Shown here one piece after another: positions 25,366 to 38,754 of a stretch of 64,000 nt of DNA. The notes beneath the pieces are model-generated. The model was not told the DNA's origin. It was given only the letters and a program-made list of their open reading frames with translations, and did not search any database. Source of the stretch: Octopus vulgaris (lineage: Eukaryota). The DNA lies in the NCBI GenBank assembly GCA_951406725.2, contig OX597827.1, forward strand, positions 49,600,001 through 49,664,000. Direction: 5' to 3'. Positions within the stretch are counted from its first letter, which is position 1; every line of letters begins with the position of its first letter. Made by a program: the position numbers and the translations under genes.

Positions 25366-26186
25366 CCTTAATGTAATTCATGAAGTGAATCAGGCAGGGT
25401 TTTTGAAGTGTAGTTTCTCTGATGGACTTCTATTCAGTTTCCATCTACCCACTTTCAATCTCAAGGTGTGGGTCAGCTTAAAATTTTTGTAAAGACATTT
25501 GCCTAAAATATTATGCAGTGAGATTGAACTCAAGATCTTATGGCTGCAAAGCGAATTTCTTAATCACTCAACCATACCTATATGTGTGTATGCTGTCATA
25601 ACTTGCCTGAAGAGTCTGTGCACTGACAGAAGTAACTCAGAGTAAACTAAATTTGACTGAAATGAAATCATTATTTATCTCTATTTCGATATCAAGTACT
25701 CTTTTTGCCCCACAGTCAACACTAAATGTATGCATATATATGTTGTTGCTTGTTCCTTCTCGACCCATGCCTCGCTCATAAGGGCCGGTTTCCTGGTTTC
25801 ATTGGTGTATAGGTTCCCGACCTGGACGGGATGCTTGTCCATCGTAATATATATACATACACACACACACGCACATATACATATGTGTGTGGGTTTATTA
25901 ATGCTGAGAGAAACCAGAGGATTTCAAGAAGCTCAATTTTTCTTTAGTATCCTATAGCACTGTATGAAAGAAGAGAGAACACTTCCTCTGCACAGCATAC
26001 TAGTTGAAGTAATAGCTTTTAGAATTTACCAAATCCAACAAGATGACTGTGGTCAATTTGAACTTCAGACCTTCAATTACTAGTTCAGTATCTTGGTTAT
26101 TCCACTATTCTCCATGTAATATATATTATATGCGTAATGTATGTTGAATGATTTTCTTACATGTTTTATGATTGTTTTGTTTCTAG

Positions 26187-26254
26187 TGTACCAACATAAC
26201 AAAACTCAGAGGTTTTCTTTTGCAACACCGGAAGAACTATATCAATGCTGGTGG
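26187..26254 (+). CDS. STX18: Syntaxin-18 coding exon 2
   Basis: ttctag|CTNITKLRGFLLQHRKNYINAG(G)|gtaagt; 68 nt; matches the STX18 KLRDFLLEHRKDYINA motif. Confidence 0.95.
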
Positions 26255-26334
26255 GTAAGTAGTTTATTATTTTTCTCACTAAGTTCTGTTTATGCATGTG
26301 AATAGTGTTTTTCCCTATCATACATTGAAGATAC

Positions 26335-26545
26335 AGCGTAGAAGGATGCTGCATCAGACATACCGATGAAATTACTAACAAGCTAGTGCTCTGGTAACCA
26401 ATGGAAGGAAGAAGACAACCTGTATCGACAACTTGTATAGAAGGAGTACAGGAGCTGAGGACCATTATGGAAGACCGAGATGAGTGGGGAAAATGTGTGG
26501 AAAAAGCCTTGGGGCATCCTGAGGGACAACCTAGATAGATAGACA
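26335..26545 (+). mobile_element. Degenerate RTE 3' fragment
   Basis: DEITNKLVLW*P...ELRTIMEDRDEW with a (TAGA)n tail. Confidence 0.6.
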
Positions 26546-27376
26546 AACAGATATGTTTTTTTAAAGCAAATTTCATGTTATAAATGCCTAAATTGTTTTA
26601 TTAATAAGTTATAATTTCCTAAAATATGAGCATTATATCTAGAGATGAACAATATTTTTTAATATTTACATCTATACTAAGGCAGTGAGCTGGCAGAATT
26701 GTTAGAATGCCAAGCAAAATGCTTAGTGAAATTTTGTTTGTCGTTATGTTCTGAGTGGTCTCGTTTCACTATTGTGAGCATGGATTTTTTTAGCACTACT
26801 TGGATATCTTTATCCTTTCTTATGGTAGTTAAGTACCCTTACAACTCTTCTCTCCACAATTACTTTGTGACGTGTCAACACTGTAAATGGAAACTGTATA
26901 AAGTATTGGTTTATCGATTCATTGAATCTGAATTCAAGTCCTTCGCTAACTATTGGTAAAAGGTACCAGATGATCTGGAAATATGTTAACAGTAAAATAT
27001 TGATTATTTTGGCTCAACAGGTCAGTTTTTGAAAGAGGTTTATTTCATTATGCAGTTGAACAAGTTGTCATGGACATGATCAGGGGTGATTGTTATTGAT
27101 TTTATTTAACTCCAGATCAGTGTTGCTCAAACAGACTTCTAATTAGTATGTTCTACCGTTTTTAGATGGTTTACTGTGGTTTGAGGGTGATTTGGCTGCT
27201 ACCTCTGCGTCTCCCTTTGGCTAACTCAAGGGAGATTATTGCAATCTTTAATTGCCATTTTGAATTGCGTTCTCCCCCTTGTTATATGTTAACATACAAG
27301 TCATTAACCAAAACTATTATTTTATAAAATGTATCTTTAAATATTCAAAGCACCCTTCTGTTCTATTTGGTTTCAG

Positions 27377-27489
27377 GTATTTGATGAGTGGTGCTCAGAT
27401 GGAAGATACTGAGCGAAACCAGATTGATCAAGATTGTGAAAAAGTCATTAAGACATGCCAAGACACCATCAAACATTTCAAACAAGAAG
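27377..27489 (+). CDS. STX18: Syntaxin-18 coding exon 3
   Basis: tttcag|YLMSGAQMEDTERNQIDQDCEKVIKTCQDTIKHFKQE|gtatat; 113 nt; MxDTERxQIDQD motif. Confidence 0.95.
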
Positions 27490-28361
27490 GTATATTAAAA
27501 ATTAACATTAGAAGTTTTGGATTTTTTTTTAACATTCCAAAATTTGGCCTTTGTCATGATTCAATATCTTTCGTAATATACTTGCATTTAGTGTCTCAGA
27601 GAAGAAAGATGTGTGGAAGTGGCACTATGAAAGAATACTAAATTCGAAAAATGAATAGGAGGAGAGTCTTTCTAATATCAAACCAATTGAAGGACCAGCT
27701 CTTCCTAACACCAACCACTTTATAGAATGTATTGAGTGCTTTTTATGTGCCACCAGTACTGACAGTTGACAAGTACCTTGCAAAGCAGAAACCCCTCAAC
27801 TGGAAGTGGCAGTTGCATTGAGTGACTGTGGTTTTGTGCCAGTTGAGAAATTAAAGGTATAAAGGGACAGAGACCGGTGTCTTGTAGTAAATAAATGGAC
27901 ACCCAGTATGTGTGTGTGTGTATGTGAAATAAAAATTAAAGATCATGGTTTGTGGTGTTGTTTTTATCTCATAGTTAACAGTTGTTTCAACAATTCCATA
28001 GTAACCAGTCTTGTGCCGTGTTTATAATCATGACACAGTATTAGTCACCATGGAATTGTTGAAACAATTGTCAACTATGGAATAAAAATAAGTTGAAAAC
28101 TCCAGTCTTCAGTTTTCATTTACACTCTACAGCAGAAACCTAACTTGTGGATTTTCTGTTTTTTTGGAGCAACTGTTTCATAAGGATGTATCCTCCTTGC
28201 AATTTTGAGATATCTGCTGTCTATTGAGGTACTTCCTAAGGTAAATGCCTGGATTATCTTATTCCAACTGATCTACTATATATACATGTGTGTGAGTGTG
28301 TGTATAAAAATATTTTTGTTGATTTATAATTATTTCTTATGTCCATATTTATATCTTACAG

Positions 28362-28439
28362 CTAGTGCCCAGAAGGTATCTCCTCAAGTTCGACAACACT
28401 GGGATGGAGTCATTTCACTTTTGGAAGCTTATCTAAAAT
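28362..28439 (+). CDS. STX18: Syntaxin-18 coding exon 4
   Basis: ttacag|(A)SAQKVSPQVRQHWDGVISLLEAYLK|gtaaga; 78 nt; phases match neighbouring exons. Confidence 0.93.
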
Positions 28440-29696
28440 GTAAGATTTTATTTACTCTTTACTCTTTTACTTGTTTCAGTCATGTGACTGTGGCCATGCT
28501 GGAGCACCGCCTTTAGTCGATCAAATCGACCCCAGGACTTATTCTTTGGAAGCCTAGTACTTATTTTATCGGTCTCTTTTTGCCGAACCGCTAAGTTACG
28601 GGGACGTATACACACCAGCATCGGTTGTCAAGCGATGTTGGGAGGACAAACACAGACACACAAACACGCACATACACACATATATATATATATACATATA
28701 TACGACGAGCTTCTTTCAGTTTCCGTCTACCAAATCCACTCACAAGGCTGGCTTTGGTCGGCTCGAGGCTATAGTAGATGACACTTACCCAAGGTGCCAC
28801 GCAGTGGGCCTGAACCCGGAACCATGTGGTTGGTAAGCAAGCTACTTACCACACAGCCATTAAAATGTTACTAGTTTCACTTTTTGGACTGTTACAATGC
28901 TTGGACACCACTTTCCATGATTTTTAGTCTATTATATCAAACACAGTATTTAATCTACACCTTTTATTTACCGAATGGTTAAGTCAGTTTTTATCCCCAC
29001 TTTATTTTTAGTTTAAAGGAATGTAACTCAAGGCGGTTGCCAAATTTCATTGTGAAGGTACCACACTCATCTAAGGTGATGGGCTGGAGGAATTGATAAC
29101 ATGGAACAAGATGCTTGATGTATCTGTTCTGAGTCTTTGCACATGGTTTCCAGTTCAGTCCCACTGCATGGCACCTTAAGCGAGTGTCTTCTGCTTTAGC
29201 CCTGGGCCAACCAAAGCATCATCATCATCGTTTAACGTCTGCTTTCCATACTAGCATGGGTTGGATGATTTTGACTGAGAGGGCTGGTGAACCAGATGGC
29301 TGCACCAGGCTCCAATCTTGATCTGGCAGAGTTTCTACAGCTGGATGCCCTTCCTAACGCCAACCACTCCGAGAGTGTAGTGAGTGCTTTTTACGTGCAT
29401 GAGTAGATTTAAGCTGAAAGAAACTCGCTGTATCTGCACATGTCTGTGTGTATGTTTGTTAGTCTGAGTTCATATTTACTCTTGCTAGCATGGAAAAGAA
29501 GTAGACATTAAAACAGTAATGATGGGACATACCATCAATGAATGTACATTTATATTACTTGTCCATACCAATACAGCCATCTCTCTTATGCACAGGTTAA
29601 CATCTTGAATATTTAGACTGTGTGTTAAAAATAATAGAGTAGGTGGATTGTTTTAGAAGTAAGGTTTAGACCAAAATGTTTTGTAAAACATAATTG

Positions 29697-30108
29697 GGAT
29701 CTTTTCGGTTTGAACGGCAGTTTTTTCTAGCGATGTCATATAAAATTGTCGCCCATAATTATGACCCTAGTATCGATCTATTGCATTTCAATCTGTTTTA
29801 GGGTTAGGGGTGGGGGGGAAGGGTATCTTTTTTTCTTCACAAATGTAAATAAACCCAATCTGCTTCTTAAACGAGGGACATATTCATACGGCACAGAATG
29901 TTTTTTAACTCAATAGACGTCAGTGATTGGTTGAAATTGCAGAAATTGAAGAAAAAACACAACAAATATCTTGCAAACTATAGAATTTTCTCAATAAAGC
30001 CAAGAGAAAAAGATGTTTTATAAACACATTCTACCAGTATATGAAGTTTAAAATTTTTTAGTTGCCTAGAAATTATGTTAAAAACTGCCGTTCGAACCGA
30101 AAAGATCC
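29697..30108. mobile_element. MITE M1 copy 3 (STX18 intron 4)
   Basis: TIRs; TSD CATAATTG (29689-29696, 30109-30116). Confidence 0.92.
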
Positions 30109-30377
30109 CATAATTGTCTTTTACATTCTGATAGGATTGAAAGGTTCATCTTTAATTTCCCAATCCATGTTGCTAAAATAAGTACTTGTTTTACTACTGA
30201 AGAGTAGGAATGAGCTAGTCAATTCAACTAACTATACTTCTCCCTCACAGATGTGTGACTGAGCCAGTGTAAGATACTAATATTTCAGTAAAAAGCAGTT
30301 TTTCTGAATTTTTGTTTGTATTTATATTTACCTCTTTGTGAAATTATATTTTCCCACTTTTATTTATTCCTATACAG

Positions 30378-30444
30378 CTGTTTGCAAAATGTACAGTGAA
30401 CAAAGAGCCGTTCGAGTGAAGCGGGTTGTCGACAAGAAACGCAT
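30378..30444 (+). CDS. STX18: Syntaxin-18 coding exon 5
   Basis: atacag|(S)VCKMYSEQRAVRVKRVVDKKR|gtaagt; 67 nt; highly conserved STX18 motif. Confidence 0.97.
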
Positions 30445-32590
30445 GTAAGTACCAAACAAGAGATATGCATGCAGCTAGTACTACATGCATATTTTCTACA
30501 CTCTTTTTTCCACTCAGGTTGACTTCCCATAAAGTGCAAAAATAACTTATAGTCCCGAGTTTGAGGCGGTAGAATATCAGGTACTCTATAGTATAATGAG
30601 GGATGTGGTTGCCTGGCAACAAATAGACATATGGGTTGATTCTTGTCTGTAGACCTTTCTGAACTTGGTGCTTATAATGGCAAATATTTAAATAGTTGTA
30701 AATGAGTGCCATTGTCATAGAAGCAGTGTCATTCATTTCCAGTCTTCCAGGGAAACATGTCTGATGATGAAGAAATATTTCTTTGCTTGGAAAGAAGTGA
30801 GGATTGGCAACAGGAAGGGTATCTAACTGTAGAAAATCTTCCTCAAGAAATTCCATCTGACTGTTGCAAACATGGCAAGTGAACATTAAAACTACAATGA
30901 TGATGATGTCTACAAACAGAAACTCTCCTAAAGCTAGGTTGGTAGATGATTGATACACATTTAGCATCATAGAAACCACAGATAAACCAGATTCAGTGAA
31001 GTATACTCTCTAATTATGTAGCTAAGATGGCAAAATCAGAACCATTACTAATCAGACTTCACATAGGTAACCTAGTGAAAACCTCTCACTCTTTCACTGG
31101 ATAGCTCAGGGAATTTTAGTCTCTTGCTAAGGTTTTGTTGTGTTACTGAACTGGATTAACCTTTTCTGGTTATACCCCACTCAAGGGAGCAGTTTATTTC
31201 TTATCTGTTAAAATCTATAATGGAATTCAAATATTGGTTGAGGAAATAATTATTTGGTAATTGTATTATTACTGTCTGCTTTTACTAAATTATTTCACGT
31301 ACAAGTCAAATGGAAATAGTAGTTGTGATACCTGTGCCAGTGGCACGTAAAAAGCACCATCCGAACGTGGCCAATGCCAGTGCCGCCTTGACTGGCTTCT
31401 GTGCCGGTGGCACGTAAAAAGCACCAACCAATCATGGACGCTGCCAGACTCCCCTGGCACATAAAAAGCACCCAATACACTCATGGAGTGGTTGGCGTTA
31501 GGAAGGGCATCCAGCTGTAGGAATACTGCCAGATCAGACTGGAGCCTGGTGCAGCCTTCTGGCTTCCCAGACCTCGGTCGAACCGTACAACCCGTGCTAG
31601 CACGGAAAACGGACGTTGAACGATGATGATGACAAGTCACTGACCATCTCATTAAATTAAGCTCTTGGTCAGTAGTGTTGTTACGTCCATTCTCTTACTA
31701 CAACCATACACAAGTACAACACCAATATTCCAGACAATAATGGTTTGGACATTTTTGTAGTCTGCAATGATTTACAAGCTATAACTTCAAATTCCCACAG
31801 CTGCCAGACTAGTTTACTAGTGCTTTGCACCCTTACACAGACTAGTATCATTTATACTAATGTACAGGTAACCAGGATTTCATTTAATTTATTTAAGTAA
31901 ACTCAACATTTGTTTAACTTCAAGTGTATTGACAAATAAGACTATGTCTGTTTTGCGAAAATCAGTAATCTGGAAAGACTTTGGAACTAAAGGTTCTGGA
32001 AAATCACAGCCTCGCCTGGCCCCCGTGCCGGTGGCACGTAAAAAGCACCATCCGACCGTGGCCGTTTGCCAGCCTCGTCTGGCACCTGTGCCGGTGGTAC
32101 ATAAAAAGCACCCACTACACTCACGGAGTGGTTGGCGTTAGGAAGGGCATCCAGCCGTAGAAACATTGCCAGATCAGACTGGGCCTGGTGCAGCCTTCTG
32201 GCTTCCCAGACCCCAGTTGCACCGTCCAACCCATGCTATCATGGAAAGCGAACGCTAAATGATGATAATGATGATGATGATGTACCTGAACTGTTACTCT
32301 TGAACTTCATTGTCTTGTTTTTGTTTATTGTTGTTATTACTACTGCAATTGTCACTTTTACATATATTTTCCCTGCTGATATGGTGTAGTCTATATAATA
32401 CAGTATCCATCTAGATCCTACATCATATTGCCTGAGGTTTTGGTCTGGTCCTATGTTCACAGCCCCTTCCAGAGGCTGTCTTTACCCCGTTTGAGTAATA
32501 GAATTAAATCAATTTGAATTTCTTATATAATAATAGTAATAATAATGATGATGATGATGATAATTCTTGGTCTCCCTTGATTTCTGACAG

Positions 32591-32670
32591 CTCGAGATTG
32601 GAACCAGAACAAAGACTGCGTGACAGTTTCAAGAAGTTGTCTTCTAGTGACAAACCTGTGGCTTCTGAGG
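32591..32670 (+). CDS. STX18: Syntaxin-18 coding exon 6
   Basis: tgacag|(I)SRLEPEQRLRDSFKKLSSSDKPVASE|gtaaaa; 80 nt; SxLEPE motif; phases consistent. Confidence 0.9.
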
Positions 32671-33164
32671 GTAAAACGTTTTTTTTTCTCCCTCTGTCTA
32701 AGCATCTGCTTGAATGTAATTCTTTACTTTCTCATAGTCCCAGATGTTGCCAACAAGGATAAAATATTTGCAATAGCAACACTTACCTTAGTCATAAGTA
32801 AAAATAAGGCGGCAAGCTGGCAGAACCATTAGCACGCCGGGCGAAATTCGTAGCTGTATTTCGTCTGCTGTTACATTCTGAGTTCAAATTCTGCCAAGGT
32901 CGGCTTTGCCTTTCATCCTTTCGGGGTTGATGAACAAAGTACCAGTTACGCACTGGGGTTGATGTAATCGACTTAATCCCTTTGTCTGTCCTTGTTTGTC
33001 CCCTCTATGTGTAGTCCCTTGTGGGCAATAAACAAATATATAAGTAAAAATAAGGATTGGCAAACTATGTTTCCCTACAGTTTGTAGCAGCAGAGGCATT
33101 GATTAACAGGGTTTTGTATGACTATGAGCAAGTCTTCCTCTGAACCAGTGCCATGTTAGACCCG

Positions 33165-33384
33165 TACAAGGAGGTGCTGAAAAGTTCTTGCTTTGGGTAT
33201 AAGAAAATACAGGAGGATCAGTTAATTATGATTTTATTCAACATATTCCTCCCTCAGGTTCATATACTTATTGCAGTGGTCCTTCAGTTTTTCTAAACCC
33301 TGTAAAAGAACTCAGAAGGTTGGACCTCCAATCGAGCTTTTTGGGATACCCTTAAAACCCGGAACTTTTCAGCACTCCCTCATA
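33165..33384. mobile_element. Mariner-derived MITE
   Basis: TACAAGGAGGTGCTGAAAAGTTC mirrors GAACTTTTCAGCACTCCCTCATA; TA ends. Confidence 0.7.
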
Positions 33385-34663
33385 ATAGTACCAACTTTTG
33401 GTATGTCAGCCATATTACTGTAAAAGTTGGATAGCTGAGTCAGTGCTCTTGGTAATAAGACAATCAAGTTGCTGGTAGTTCACTCTTTGACCCTCGTCTA
33501 GGCCGTTGCCAGCCTCGTCTGGCCCCCGTGCCGGTGGCACGTAAAAGGCACCATCCGATCGTGGCCGTTTGCCAGCCTCGTCTGGCACCTGTGCAGGTGG
33601 CACATAAAAAGCACCCACTACACTCACGGAGTGGTTGGCATGAGGAAGGGCATCCAGCTGTAGAAACACTGCCAGATCAGACTGGGCCTGGCACAGCCTA
33701 CTGGCTTCCCAGACCCCAGTTGAACCGTCCAACCCATGCTAGCATGGAAAACGGACGTTAAACGATGATGATAATGATGATGTCCAGCTCTGTCCGTTAA
33801 ACGATGATGATGATGATGATTGTATCTATGGCAACTTAAATCTGAGAAAAATGCAAGGTAGTGTTGAGCAACTCACCACTGGTTACATCTGAACACTGTT
33901 GCTCAACCTACTAGAAATAGCAGTCAAATCACACTTTATCGTTTTAAAATAGGAAAGGATGCACATTAGATAATGTAGTCTCAGATACTTCCCAAAGAGA
34001 TGGTTGAAATGCTTTTGGGCACAGGTCTGTTTGTTCAGGTTGACCTGGGGTTAGTCAACAATAACAGCAGTACTGTAAAACTGAACAAAGTTTTTACTTA
34101 GTTTGGACTGCCAGGTTCAATTCTGTTCAACAGGGAAGAAGTTATCTATGATAGATTAGCTCTCTCTCTCATTTGCTGCCTCTTAGCCATTTAACATCAT
34201 AGACACCAAAAATAAGCCATGATCTTGTGAACTTTGGAGTTTTATGAAGGTATACCGTATACAGTCTTGTAGTTATAAAAACAACTTAGAAATATTTTGG
34301 AATATCACTGCTGATTTGTCATAGACTGTGATTTTCATGACTAAGAGGAGAGCCTTCAAAGACTCAGACATAGGCCTTCAGAGTCTGAAATTCTGGTCTT
34401 CAAAGATCATGAGCAACCTTCAAAAACTAACTCTTGCTTTAAAGACAAAGACACAGGTTTTCGAAGACTTACACACTGGCTTTCACAGACAAATCCCAAT
34501 GGAGATTATTCTCTCCTGCTTCAAATTTAGTGTTATTATTATGGCTTCTTCTAATAAAATATCTCCATTTCTGCCTAATTTTATTCTATTATATTTTTTT
34601 TCTGTTTGCATCAAGCATTGTTTATCCAAAAATTCTTTTTATCATTTATCTTATATAATTCAG

Positions 34664-34788
34664 AAAAAGCTGAAAATGAAACTGGCAAAATTCCTGCAAA
34701 GGATCAAACAAATATCAAAACTTCTTGGCAACCATCAGATGAAGAAGTTGATGAGGAAGATGTGATATCACCTGAAGAAGCAGAAAAA
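34664..34788 (+). CDS. STX18: Syntaxin-18 coding exon 7
   Basis: attcag|(E)KAENETGKIPAKDQTNIKTSWQPSDEEVDEEDVISPEEAEK|gtacat; 125 nt; acidic linker ending in the xSPEE motif. Confidence 0.88.
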
Positions 34789-35708
34789 GTACATATCTGA
34801 TGTTTATGGTGTTTTTTTTAAGGTTTTTTTTTTTCCTTTTACTAAAATATTAGTTTCAGATTTTTCATTTGTAATCATGTGATTCTTGATTCAATCCTTC
34901 AGTGTGACAATTTGGGTATGTGTCTTCTATCTTAATCTCGAGTTGATCAAAGTCTTGTGAGTGAAATTTAGTAGATAGAAACTATGTGAAGGCTTGTGTG
35001 TGTGGGTGAGGGTGTATTTATAGAGAGTTACATTTCAAGGTTAAAACATTCAATGATCATTCGACACCATGTGATGACATCAATTCCTTCTGATCAAAGC
35101 TACATACACTTAGAGTAAAAGATGTTTTATACGACACATTCTACCAGTATACGAAGTTTGAAAGTGTTAAGTTACAAAAAATTTTTTTCTAAATCTGCCT
35201 GTCAAAAGGTAAAGATCCCCTGTCGAGCCATCCAAACCATGCCAGCATGGAAAACAGACATTAAATGTTGATGGTGGTGATGATATATATTATTTTAACA
35301 TCCACTTTTCCATCCTTGCATGGGAGATTTTCTATGGCCAGATGCCCTTCATGTCATCAATCCTCATTTGTTTTCAAGCAGTGTGTAATATTCCCTCATG
35401 GGCAGACATATTTTCACAAAAGATTGGAAATGGACACTGCTTGTTTGATGGTGACACTCGTTTACAACTAGACAAGAAGACAAAACACACCTGCACCCAT
35501 ACACACACATATATACTTATGTATGTGTGTGGTGGTGCATGGCCAGGTGGTTCAGATGTTTGGTTCACAATCATAATGCCATGGGTTCAGTTCCTGGATT
35601 GGGTGATACATTATGTCCATGAGTAAGATACTTCACTTCATATTGCTCCAGTCTGTACAGCTAAAAATTAGTACCAGCCAAATGTTGGTACATCTCTCTG
35701 TCTGTCTG

Positions 35709-35742
<34 letters not shown>

Positions 35743-35896
35743 CAGCTGTCACATCCTGGATGTGCTACTAGGTCAAAGGGCAGTCTAGTTAAGAGTGTGT
35801 CTATATCTACTTGTTACCACATAGAGACCCAAAACAATTTATAAAAACATAGTACATGTTTCCAAGCTCTACTCATTTCTGTATGACAGCTGATAT

Positions 35897-36158
35897 CACT
35901 TGATCACTTTGACCGACCAGTCCGTCAGGCGTCCATTTGACACCGCTGGTCACAGCACGCTGTCCACTCCTCTCTGGATCGCGCCTTTCTCATCCACGTG
36001 ATCCCAATCGTCCTCTTGAAATCGTCACTCCACCGTCGTGGAGGTCTTCCAGGTGGTCTTTTCCGCTCACGCGGGTACCACTCGACAACTGCGTGCGTCC
36101 ACCGATTATCGGTGATCCGGGCGACGTGTCCAGCCCATCTATACTTGCTGTCAACAGC
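35897..36158 (-). mobile_element. Young GC-rich RTE 3' fragment from a distinct family
   Basis: KYRWAGHVARITDNRWTHAVVEWYPRERKRPPGRPPRRWSDD; 14-bp TSD ATGACAGCTGATAT (35883-35896, 36159-36172). Confidence 0.9.
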
Positions 36159-36307
36159 ATGACAGCTGATATACATCCATACATATATACATGATAGAGA
36201 GAGAGAGAGAGGTGGTCAACCTGAGGAGATACATGCCCAAAATTCTATGCTAACCAGTTACCCAGGCTTGCACTATGTAAATGTTTTATTTATTTTTTAA
36301 ATTTTAG

Positions 36308-36366
36308 TTTGAAGAAGAAAACCAAGCATTGATGGATGAAATGCATAGTTTGATGTCTGAAGTTAA
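36308..36366 (+). CDS. STX18: Syntaxin-18 coding exon 8
   Basis: ttttag|FEEENQALMDEMHSLMSEV(K)|gtaagt; 59 nt. Confidence 0.95.
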
Positions 36367-36756
36367 GTAAGTAAAAATCTTTGTTCTGTTATCTCCCTTC
36401 TGTTATAAACATGCTATACAGTTTAAAGCTGCAATGTTGAAATAGTGTTTCAGTCATTGAATATATGTGTGTGAGATTAGCTATTGTTGTTTAACTGTAT
36501 GCCAACCTTGTCTGAGCAAACCGATGGCCAAAGGTAATCCAGCCTTGACCATTTCCTTTTTATTTAGATGATTGAAGCCTGGTGCAGCCATCTGGTTCGC
36601 CAGCTCTCAGTCATTCGTCCAACCCATGCTAGCATGGAAAGTGGACATTAAACAATGATGATATTGCATATTGAATACATTATCCAATATGCTCCTCTCC
36701 CTTGGGATGTGATTCAAAGGAGATTCAGTGTTAATAAATCTCTTCTCTTTTTACAG

Positions 36757-36826
36757 ACAAATCGAAGGGAAAGTCCTGGAAGTGTCTCAACTACAAGAAA
36801 TATTTGCAGAGAATGTTTGGGATCAG
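36757..36826 (+). CDS. STX18: Syntaxin-18 coding exon 9 (SNARE motif)
   Basis: ttacag|QIEGKVLEVSQLQEIFAENVWDQ|gtaaac; 70 nt. Confidence 0.96.
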
Positions 36827-38364
36827 GTAAACTAACCTTACCTCTTACTTGCATTCGTTTTGGTTTTTCCGCAGTTTGAAGAACAAAGAATGAAGACATT
36901 GTTACCTTTCTCAGAGCTTGAATCCATGTCAAAGCAACATGTAGTTTGTTATATTAGCGCGAGTATGAGTGCAAGACGCCCAACCACTAGGCCACACACC
37001 TTACACTCAGTGTTCGTTTTGAACAGTTGCAAGTCAACATCTATGAAAAAATATATATTTCTTTACTGCACACAAGGGGCTAAACATAGAGGGGACAAAG
37101 ACAAAGGGATTAAGTCGATTGCATCGACCCCAGTGCGAAACTGGTACTTTATTTATCGACCCCGAAAGAATGAAAGGCAAAGTTGACCTCGGCGGAATTT
37201 GAACTCAGAACGTAACGACAGACGAAATACCTATTTCTTTACTACCCACAAGGAGCTAAACACAGAGGAGACAAACGGATTAAGTCGATTACATCGACCC
37301 CGAAAGGATGAAAGGCAAAGTCAACCTCGGCGGAATTTGAACTCAGAATGTAACGACAGACGAAATATCGCTAAGCATTTCGCCCGGCGTGCTAACGTTT
37401 CTGCCAGCTCGCCGCCTTATCTATGACAAAATATACTAGAGGAAAAGCTCCTGCTGGCCATTATTCCAGAGAGGAAGGGTTGGCTGTAATAGTCAGTGGA
37501 TAGATGAGATAAGGTAAGAGAAATGAGTCTTAAGTGACTGAGTAGAGATGGCTTGAGACTAACCAGCTCCAAGTGCAAGTAATGATGGTTGGAGTTCAGT
37601 GGTGACTGACTCCATGCCTCTCAGTCAAGTGTAGTTTAGGATAGCAAGATACAAACAACTGGCTAGTAACAACATCCAATTCACTAATTGTGTTAATAGT
37701 CCCTTGGTCTATACAGTCCTCTAACAATCATACAACACCCTACCACCATTACACAAGCTGAAAAGGGCGTTTTTTTTTTTTGATTGCTCGCTTGACTTAC
37801 AAGAAATAGCAGCCAAATACTGCTATTTTGAAAAAAAGAGAGACACATTGGACAATGTAATCATAAATTAATAAAGACAGGGTGGCTATGGGTATAGATC
37901 ATCTGAGTCTGATTTGGAGTTAAAAATAACAATCATTGTGCAAAGAAGGATAACTGCTGGTAAAATTGATAGTGCTGTGATGACAAGATGGTTCCATATG
38001 GGTACACTTACAGCTGCTTAACAGATGAATGAAAGCATCGATGTTGTTTAACTCTAGATGAAGATCTGATCTAGTAGACATGTGGTCAAAAGTTCGATCT
38101 GTGACCATGCCAGTTTTTCTTTTGTTTTTTTTTTGCGGGGTGTCTCTTGGGGATGGTGGTAGGGTCTGTTAGAGACGATATGCATTGGGTTACATTTTCC
38201 TATGTGCATTTTTTCTTTTTTGCAGATGGTAACATATGATTTGTTACTAGCTATAAAGTGGCTACATGGGGGTCCCCTTAGCTCGAATGAAGAGACGTAT
38301 AACTAGCGTGAGTTTCAATGATTAATAATATTAGTAACTATTCTTTCATGTTTGGTGATTGCAG

Positions 38365-38445
38365 GAAAAGAAGATTGACCAAATATATAACACTGTAAGT
38401 GGTACATCAGAAAATGTTACATCTGGAAATGAACAGATTCGAGAG
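38365..38445 (+). CDS. STX18: Syntaxin-18 coding exon 10 (SNARE motif)
   Basis: ttgcag|EKKIDQIYNTVSGTSENVTSGNEQIRE|gtaagc; 81 nt. Confidence 0.95.
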
Positions 38446-38754
38446 GTAAGCCTATAATCTTATTTCTATCAGCGTGTGTGTGGAACATTTTCTGTGATAT
38501 TAAGGCACCAAGTTAGTGATGACATTGAGCTCCGAGTTAAAACTGCTGCCAGAATCATTCTGGTTTTTTGCTCTTGTTTTGGCTGCAGCAAGGTACACAA
38601 CTCTGTTTGCTCCAGTTTCACCATTCGAATGTTTTTTTTTGTTTTTTAATCAAAAACAATTGTTGGTGGAAAGAAGGGCATCAAACTCTGGATGCATTTG
38701 TTCCTACGAAACTAATCCTGCTCAGGAAAGCTTGATTAAATGAACATAAAAGAA

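Noticed and set aside
30344-30979. 211-aa minus-strand ORF
   Set aside because: It is antisense to STX18 exon 5 and runs through a degenerate LINE tail; no protein-like features.
34325-34663. Additional STX18 exon or the 145-aa ORF at 34328
   Set aside because: The candidate acceptor at 34324 hits a TAA within 7 codons in the required phase, and exons 6 and 7 already join in frame.
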